DNA from: Moniliella sp. 'wahieum'
Taxonomy: Eukaryota
NCBI GenBank assembly: GCA_003971905.1
Contig: RSEE01000105.1
Coordinates: 186,001-214,497 of the forward strand
Length of the DNA: 28,497 nt
Direction of reading: 5' to 3'
Part shown: piece after piece, positions 21,161 through 28,497 of the stretch
How positions within the stretch are numbered: the first letter of the stretch is position 1
Layout of the letters: every line of letters starts with the position of its first letter
Program-made: the position numbers and the translations under genes
Notes under the pieces: generated by a model
Databases searched by the model: none
What the model was told of the DNA's origin: nothing
Seen by the model: only the letters and a program-made list of their open reading frames with translations

Positions 21161-22307
21161 ATGCTCGCCCTTCCTGCTCTTCGCACTGGCCTGCGCGCCG
21201 CGTCTGTTCGCCCTGTGGCCAGCGCGGCCATGCCCGCCCTCGCCCGCGGCCTCCAGACCCCCGCCGGCGGACTGACCAACGCGTACGCCAAGAAGCCCGA
21301 GGCCGACGGCAAGTACCCACGTCCCCATCCCCGGTGACGGCATTGGCCCCGAGGTGGCCGACGCTGTCAAGAACATTTACAATGCCGCCGACGTGCCCAT
21401 CAAGTGGGAGGAGGTCGAGGTTACCCCCTACATCAACGAGCAGGGCAAGTCCACCATCCCCGCCGAAGCGGTCAAGAGTATTCGTCAGAACACCGTCGCC
21501 CTCAAAGGTCCCCTTGCTACCCCAGTGGGCAAGGGCCACGTTTCGCTCAACCTGACGCTGCGCCGGACGTTCAAGTTGTACGCCAACGTGCGTCCCTGCC
21601 GCTCGATCGAGGGCTTCAAGACGGCCTACGACAATGTCAACACCGTTCTCATCCGCGAGAACACCGAGGGCGAGTACTCGGGCATTGAGCACGAGATTGT
21701 GGATGGCGTGGTGCAGTCGATCAAGCTGATCACGCTCGAGGCTTCGGAACGTGTGGCCCGGTACGCGTTCCACCACGCGCAACAGAGTGGCCGCAAGCGC
21801 GTCACGGCCGTGCACAAGGCCAACATTATGCGCATGTCCGACGGCATGTTCCTCCACGCCTGCCGCGCCGTCGCCAAGGAGTACCCCGACATTGCGTACG
21901 ACGAGGACCTCCTCGACCGCGCTTGCCTGCGGATCGTGCAGGACCCCGCGCCCTACTCGGACCGCGTGATGGTCATGCCCAACTTGTACGGTGACATTTT
22001 GTCCGACATGTGCGCCGGTCTGATTGGCGGTCTGGGCCTGACCCCCTCGGGCAACATTGGCTACGACGCTAGCATCTTTGAGGCTGTGCATGGCTCTGCC
22101 CCGGACATCCAGGGTATGGACAAGGCCAACCCGACCGCGCTGCTGCTTTCGTCCATCATGATGCTGCGCCACATGAGCTTGTTCGACAAGGCCGACAAGA
22201 TTGAGGCGGCTGTTTTCAAGGCCATCGCCGAGGGCCAACGCACCGGCGACTTGGGCGGCAAGCTCGGCACCCGTGCCTTTACCGACGAGATCATCAAGCG
22301 CCTCTAA
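21161..22307 (+). CDS. IDH2: Mitochondrial NAD-dependent isocitrate dehydrogenase, catalytic subunit 2; frameshift at ~21320
   Basis: Presequence [72 protein letters not shown] (catalytic Asp residues) and [11 protein letters not shown] mark the catalytic subunit. Confidence 0.97.
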
Positions 22308-23918
22308 TCTGCTGACAAGCTACTGGTCCCGCCGCGTACCCCTGCCGATTGTGGGCGAGGCAAGCGATAATCCTATCACCTTCGCTTAGGTCCACTGTCT
22401 GTTGCGTTGTGTCTTGGAATAGAGCTGGTGCAGTAGCAGGACAGGAACGCGATGCTGGTATAGGTGAATGGAATCCAGTCGGGTGCTGCTAGGGAAAACA
22501 GATGTGAGCCAGGCAACGAAAGAGCAACCAAGCAAGGAAAAGCGTGTTGAAAATCTCTTTTGCCCTTGTGGGCCAGGAGAGTGTGTTTAGTAGATATATT
22601 GCGGTACTGCCCCCTGGGAGAGGCCAGCACGGGCGTGGGCCCTCCGACCTTTGAGTTTGACACCGTTACAGTTTGCACGAGTGGGCTGCCCATCAAAACG
22701 GATCTATTATTTGGCTCCCGCTGGCTCGAGCAAGGGCTACAAGGCTGTGGAAACGCAGGGTTACACCGAAGGACGAAGTGTGCCGATGCGGCGCCTCAGG
22801 ACCTGCCCTCCGGTTCCCCCACAAGAAGCCACCCATGCCAAAATTCATAGCGGCCAGGAAACGGCCCACCTTGTGGTTCATCCGTGCAAACGGGTTGCGC
22901 TACATGACACTGCATCACTCTGCTGAACGGACTCCCGTTCCCAATCCACACTGAGATGACATCCGTCTGTGAGGTGTTGGACGGTGGCGCGCCCGTCCAT
23001 TCCACGACGCTACACCCCCGCTGTGGGGTGGATGTGGAGCTTGTAGGGACTATTGCCGTGCCAGGCTGTCATTGCTTTACGCTCGACAGCGTATGGCGGC
23101 GAGGCGTAGGGTCAAGTCGAATAAGCACATTCCGCTTGGTGTGCAAGATAGGCCTCTCTGACGGCCTTGCCTTCCTGTCCCACTGTACTGAACTTGAACG
23201 AGTACGTCGCGGACGTCGGTTCCTGAGAATTGCCCGGTGGTAGCCGACAGGAGATGGCGGATGGAGCATTGAGTTACTGAGTACTGATCACAGGGATGAT
23301 GCGGCTGAGCAGATGAGGTCGATGAGGCCGAGTGTGCTCAGACTGGGCGGACAGCCGAGGGACGGAAGACGAGCCGAGGGAGCCGGCTTTTGTTTTGTTG
23401 CTTTGTTTGTGTTTTACTGATGGGGCGCCGAGCGCAGATCGGGCGAGAGATATCAATGTGTCAGGGAGCGCGCACAGGGCCAGTGTTGGCCATCTATCCG
23501 GCCAGCGGATTAGATCGGTGAGATTGAGACGGTGCCAGCGTTACCCGGCTGCGGGCGCTTCTGGGCATATCTCCGACGCACGGGCCGCCGGCTGGAAGGG
23601 GGCAGCGGACCCGCCTCCACGCTCCTGTGGAGGCCGGAGGCCAGAATGGAGTCACATCAAAGTCAGGCTGCTGTCACATGTCATTGCAGCCCCTCCCTCC
23701 CGCCCCAAGGGCCACGATGCTGATCCTGATCTTAACCTTAGTAACAGTGTGGCAGTTGCAGGGGACCCAAGCCAAGCGCACCAGCGCTGCCCCGCTGCCC
23801 AGTGTCCCAAAAAACCCCATTTTGTCACACCTCGGCGATGGACGTTTCTGCGGGGATTGTTGATTGTTCGTTCGTACGATTGGCAGCAGCACTATTTTCT
23901 CCCTACACAATCAAGTTG

Positions 23919-23946
23919 AACCTTCGAGCTTCAAGCTTCAAGCTTC
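23919..23946. repeat. Heptamer tandem repeat (RAGCTTC)x4
   Basis: AACCTTC GAGCTTC AAGCTTC AAGCTTC; this is the reverse complement of the unit at 2244-2270. Confidence 0.85.
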
Positions 23947-24079
23947 CACCCCGTCTTCCATTGTCCAACCATCCCCGACCCACCACCGCCTCGCCCATCA
24001 GCGCTTCAAAAGCCAAGCTTCACGCCCCGCCCTCCCGCGCCCACTCCGCCTTGTTCTGTGGCCGCCCCCATCGGCTCGC

Positions 24080-25876
24080 ATGCGGCTCATGCGCCTCCCC
24101 GCCTGCCTCGGCTCTGCGTGGCAGCGCGTCGCGGCGTCGCGGCTGTGGTCCTACCGTCTGACCCTCTTTGGCCGCGCCCTCCTGCTCGTCACCACGCTGG
24201 TCGTCGTCAATGGCATCATCTGGGCCTTGGCCGCCGGCATTCTGCCCCACAAAATCCTTGGCTTTGCCCTGCTGGCTTGGACCACCGGCTTGCGCCACGC
24301 CCTCGATGCCGACCACATCACTGCCATCGATAACACTGTCCGCCGCATCATGAGCGGTGCCGGCCCCGCCCGCGACCCGCCCCAGTCCCATAAACAGTTC
24401 CGACGCCGCTTGCGCTTTTGGCGCAAACCCGCCCCTCCCCCGCCCCCGACGCTGAACAGCCGACGGAACCAGAGGCTGTCGCGGACGATCAAGGCGCCGA
24501 TGATGCCATTGTTGCTCAACCTCACCCTCACCCCACCCCCACCCTCCACCTCCACCTCCACCTTCCGACGACTACCTCGATCCTGGCCAGGTCGGCCCTG
24601 AGGACGCTGTTGCGCCCGATGCGCATCATCGCCTGCCCACCCCCATCACCGCTGGCTCCTTCTTCAGCCTGGGCCACTCTACCATTGTGATTGCGGTGAT
24701 TATTGCCGTGGCCGTGTCGGCCGCTGTGGCTGGCAACCTGGGTTCAGCCTCTAGTGTGGGCAATGTGATTGGCACGTCTGTCTCGGGGGGGCTGCTAATG
24801 ATTTTGGGGCTGATCAATCTGTGTATTCTTATCTCATCCATTCGCCGCCTGAAGAAACTGCAGCAAACGCTTGCGGCCGCCGAGGCGGGCGATGCCGAGG
24901 CGGAAGATGGTGTGTTGCAATGGCGTCCTAGTGGCTGCTTGAGCGTACTGGCCATGCCCTTGCTCCGAGCGACCGATCGCGCTTGGAAACTGTACCCGAT
25001 CGGTGTCCTCTTTGGCCTGGGCTTCGATACTTCCTCCACCATTGCCGTCATCAGCGTCTCGGCCCTGGCCACCATCGACGCGCCCAAACGGCACAATGCA
25101 AGTGTCGTCCTATTTGCCTTCCTCTTTGCTGCGGGCATGTGTCTCGTCGACTCACTCGATAGCATTATGGCCGTGTACGTCTATGCGCCCAGCGAGGTGG
25201 CCAATCGGTTTGCGCTGTTTGAACGTCGCTGGACACCGCCTCGGGCACAAACAGAACAATTGCAACCCGATGCGGAGGACTGCAAAGAGAAGCGCCAAGA
25301 TACCAAGACCGCCGTACCCGTCGAGCCCTCGGGCAAGAAAGATGACGTACGAGGAGACAGGTGGGATGGTCCCGGTGCTGTCAGAGGATGGCGGCGGAAA
25401 GGCCGCCCAGCCCACCTGGAACGTAAGGCCCTGCTCACGATGATCGGTCCAGCTACCCAAATCCAACTGCTCATGACATTGCTCAGCATCCTCATCGCAT
25501 TCGCCATTGGCTTGATCCAGATCCTGTCCTTGATTGGCAGTCGGTGCACCCAATGTGCCGCGCGGCCGAACGGCAGCAGGAGCACGGCGATGGCGGCCTG
25601 GCCGGCCGCTGGTGGCTTGCCTGGCAAAACGCGGCGGACAATTTGACCTACATTGGAGCTGGCATCGCAGGCTTCTTCTTTGCCGTGCTCATCACCGTCA
25701 TCTTGGCACGGTGGTACTTTTCGGCCCGGGCTAAGCGCCGTGCTCGCGCCGAGACGGCCGCTCCGTTGCCTTACTCGGCCCAAGGTGCACGCGGAGGGGA
25801 TGCGTCGGACAACAGGGTTCTCGAAGCGGACCGGGCGCCGGGGGCGCCGACGCTAGAGTCGGACGCAAAGGGGTAA
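24080..25876 (+). CDS. High-affinity nickel/cobalt permease, NiCoT family (Nic1/HoxN/NixA-like); frameshifted
   Basis: Signature motifs GLRHALDADHITAIDN, FFSLGHSTIV, IGTSVSG, YPIGVLFGLGFDTSS, FAAGMCLVDSLD, TLLSILIAFAIGLIQIL and YIGAGIAGFF, all in the expected order. Confidence 0.93.
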
Positions 25877-25986
25877 ATGCAATCTCACACGGTCATACTA
25901 GGTCCATCTCGTTGCGTAGGTCCGAGTCGCCGGGGGGCGCGGTAGGAGACAGAGAGCGATGGGAAATAAAGTTGCGCTCGAGTTGG

Positions 25987-26565
25987 CTAGAGGCAGGGAA
26001 GCAGGGTCAGCCAGGTGGATGCAAATGGCCAGAGCAACAAGAGACACAACAACAACATACGTCTGTCGCTGCTCCTGGCTGTCGAGGAGGAGCAAGAGCT
26101 GGCGCTGCTGGTGCACGGACCACTCGCCGCAGGCAGACGGTCGGCCACGTCGTGCGCGTCGGCGATGAGCCGCTTGAGGCGCTGGGAAAGCGCCACCAGG
26201 TCTTCCTGCAGCTGGGTCGGGCGGGACTGGGCGACGGGCGGCGCGGCTCCAAGTCCATGTCCCACGTGGCCAAGTCGGCGTCCTCCTCCATGCCGACCAT
26301 GACGGGCGCAAACTGGGGGGCGGGGAGGGGGCCGCAGCGGCGTCCGGGGCGGGGTGTGCTGCTGCTGCTGCTGCTGGGCGGCGTGGGCCTGGGCGTCGGC
26401 GTCGGGGTCGCGCTGCTGGAGGGAGTCGGGGTCGGCGGCGGTGGCGAGGCGGCGGCAGATGGTGCGGAAGAGCGGAAGAGAGAGCGCGACGGCCGGGTCG
26501 GGTCGGGCGCGCGGCGGCCATGGCAGCGGAGGGGTTAGGCCGAAAGGAGGTGCTGCGGGCGGCAT
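25987..26565 (-). CDS. Small hypothetical protein with poly-Gln, a short coiled-coil-like segment and a hydrophobic C-terminus; start uncertain
   Basis: SLPLFRTICRRLATAADPD..QQQQQQH, MEEDADLATWDMDLEP (alternative frame), QLQEDLVALSQRLKRLIADAHDVADRL, ending MLLLCLLLLWPFASTWLTLLPCL*. No known family recognised. Confidence 0.4.
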   Translation of the reverse strand: MPPAAPPFGLTPPLPWPPRARPDPAVALSLPLFRTICRRLATAADPDSLQQRDPDADAQAHAAQQQQQQHTPPRTPLRPPPRPPVCARHGRHGGGRRLGHVGHGLGAAPPVAQSRPTQLQEDLVALSQRLKRLIADAHDVADRLPAASGPCTSSASSCSSSTARSSDRRMLLLCLLLLWPFASTWLTLLPCL

Positions 26566-26783
26566 GTATGCGTCTTGAAGCCGCCTCCACTGCTCGGCGC
26601 GGCGGGCGGAACGGCATGTTCCGCCGATGCGGCATGCGCCCAGTGTGGGCGGCGGCTGGCGCGGGGCGAGCGGGGCGCTTACGCAAGCAGACGGGCGGCC
26701 CGCAGCGGGCGTTCTTCGGCAGTCCGGCGCTCCCACCCACACAACACCAGCACCCAGCCCCCAGCCCCCCCAACCCACAGCCG

Positions 26784-28058
26784 ATGGGTGACCACGGTAC
26801 GTGCGAAGCCACACCCGCCGCCCGGCCGCCGGCCGAGCCCAGCCCCGCCTGGCCCCGCCGGCCCCCCCGCCGCCTCCTCTCCTCTCCTCCCCGGCGCAGT
26901 GCAGCGCCGAGCCCGCCGTCCTCGCCGTCCCGCGGCGGCCCCGCACTCCGCCCCCCCGCCCGCCCGCCCCCCCGGTACTGACTGGACACTCTCCGCTTCT
27001 CTCACCGCCCCTGCGCTGCTCCTCTCCGCTCGGTGCGTCCTCCTCCGTGCGCCCCCCCCGCTGACCTGCCCCCTCTACTCCCCAGCCGAATCCTGGAGCC
27101 CGCGCGACGCTCCCGCCAGCCCCACCGCCGCAGCCTCAGCCCCGCCCCCCCGCCCCGACGACGAGCCGACGCCGACGTCGCCGCGCCGCGACGACCGCGA
27201 ACGCGACTATGACGACCGTGACGCCCGCCGTGGTGAGTATGACGACCGCCCTCCCCCCGGCCGGTACGACCGCGACGACCGCCTGCCCTCGCGCCCCGAC
27301 CCCCAGGATGCCAACCCCGGCAACAACCTCCACGTCTCGGGCGTGTCCAAACTGCTCGACGACCACCAGCTTGAGGAGGCATTTGCCAAGTTTGGCAAGG
27401 TTCGTCCGTCTTCCTCCTTTCATGGTGCCGCGTGCGTCGCGTTCTCGCTCATGCGGCATGCTGACCATGCGCGCTGCCAACAGGTAACCAAGACGCAGAT
27501 CATGTATGACCCGCACTCGCGCGAATCGCGTGGGTTTGCTTTTGTGACGTATGAAACAGCTGAGGAGGCAGACGCGGCGATTGAAGGCATGAATGGCGTC
27601 GAGCTTTCGGGCCGCACGCTGGTTGTGCAGAAAGCACGCCGTGGTCGTGCGCGCAGCCCGACGCCTGGTCGCTACCGCGGACCACCCAAGTACGTCGTCC
27701 CTCCCTTTGTTTGCCTGCTTGTCCCGTTCGGACGATTGGCCATACTGACGTGGTTTCTCTCAGGCCGTGGTGGGCCCGGCGGTGGCTACGGACGCGGAGG
27801 GTACGATCGCTATGGCGGACCACCGCGTGGCTACCCCCCTCCTCGCGACATGGACGCCTGGGGGCCGCCTCCGGACCGCTACCCCCCCCCGCGTGGATAC
27901 GATCGGTACGGCTACCCACCCCCGCCGCGCGATTACATGCCCCCGCGCGGAGGTTACCGCGACTACAGTCCCCCGCCCTCGATGCGTCGGTACGACGATT
28001 ATGCTCGCCCGCCGCCCCCGCCGCGTGGGTACGACGATATGCCCCCGCTCGCCACTAA
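26784..28058 (+). CDS. Transformer-2 (TRA2)-like single-RRM splicing regulator; introns 26797-27085, 27400-27483, 27690-27763
   Basis: MGDH|AESWSP joins in phase, followed by an RD-rich N-terminal region. RRM NPGNNLHVSGV...DPHSRESRGFAFVTY is followed by the TRA2-type linker ARRGRARSPTPGRYRG and an R/G/Y/D/P-rich tail. Likely true stop TAA 28056-28058 after correcting one indel. Confidence 0.85.
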
Positions 28059-28207
28059 ATTCGCCTTGCCCCGTGCCGAGTCGTTGCTGGTTCCTCGCCG
28101 CTCGCCATGGACCGTCAACCACCCTCTTCGCCCCGCGATGTTTGTCCACCCTCGGTTCCATCCGTGGGTCTTTTTTTTTTTCGCCCGCCCACCACCAGCG
28201 TGACTAG

Positions 28208-28269
28208 TGCGATGCGATGCGATGATTGAGATGGGATGCGATGCGATGAGATGGGATGCGATGAGATGA
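28208..28269. repeat. Pentanucleotide microsatellite (GATGV)n, ~12 units
   Basis: GATGC, GATGA and GATGG units read directly. Confidence 0.92.
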
Positions 28270-28393
28270 AGCGAGCCGTCCGGCCTCGCCACCTCTGTTG
28301 GTCCAAGTCCAGTCTGGTAGTTTCTGCCCCCCTCTCCTTCGAGTTGTTTGTGCCCCCCTCCCCCCCCCCTCTTCCCATTCCTTGTTCTGTGCC

Positions 28394-28459
28394 CCTGCTC
28401 CTGCTTCTGCTTCTGCTTCTACTCCTGCGCCTGCGCCTGCGCCTGCTCCTGCTCCTGTT
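28394..28459. repeat. Hexanucleotide microsatellite (CCTGCT/TCTGCT/CCTGCG)x11
   Basis: Read directly; same unit family as the coding repeat at 5991-6020 in DPH7. Confidence 0.9.
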
Positions 28460-28476
28460 CCTTCCTCCTGCTTCTG

Positions 28477-28497
28477 TAGGGTTAGTTAGGGTTAGGG
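28477..28497 (+). repeat. Telomere-type TTAGGG repeats running off the window end
   Basis: TAGGG TTAG TTAGGG TTAGGG, with the G-rich strand oriented 5'->3' toward the end as expected for a right telomere. Only ~3.5 units visible. Confidence 0.6.

Noticed and set aside
21132..22238. Long antisense ORFs over IDH2 (368 aa) and IDH1 (224 aa), and other long overlapping ORFs
   Set aside because: Expected shadows of GC3-biased codon usage; no independent protein motifs.
22364..22379. GATAAT..TATC as a GATA-factor metal or nitrogen control site for the NiCoT gene
   Set aside because: It lies in the IDH2 3'UTR ~1.7 kb upstream of the transporter; too short and distant to support.
26575..28203. 542-aa single ORF as the real RRM protein
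   Set aside because: It reads through clear introns and past the probable stop because of indels; the spliced model from ATG 26784 fits better.
28208..28459. Terminal repeat arrays as a CRISPR-like or coding structure
   Set aside because: Simple 5- and 6-bp microsatellites without unique spacers, in a eukaryotic context.

Overview
This is GC-rich eukaryotic (fungal) nuclear DNA. Short GT-AG introns with GTACGT/GTGAGT donors and CTRAC branch sites, plus the Ltn1 N-terminus, suggest a basidiomycete, probably Ustilaginomycotina (inference). Almost every gene is broken by small indels, mostly single missing bases, so this is most likely an unpolished long-read assembly and gene ends were reconstructed by eye. 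Gene order: 3' part of an unidentified gene (+), Pro/Ser-rich hypothetical gene (+), DPH7 (+), LTN1/RKR1 (-), RPL26 (+), intron-containing tRNA-Lys(CTT) (-), DUF202 membrane protein (+), IDH1 (-) head-to-head with IDH2 (+), NiCoT nickel permease (+), small hypothetical gene (-), and a TRA2-like RRM splicing factor (+). The window ends with microsatellites and TTAGGG repeats. Best leads: (1) a candidate poison splice isoform in intron 1 of the TRA2-like gene; (2) a 349-bp LTN1/RPL26 bidirectional promoter with tandem E-boxes flanked by inverted telo-box-like sites, inside a run of translation-related genes; (3) the divergent pair encoding both NAD-IDH subunits, with a GTCAC-rich shared region; (4) a possible telomere directly after housekeeping genes. 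No mobile element, CRISPR array or rRNA was recognised.
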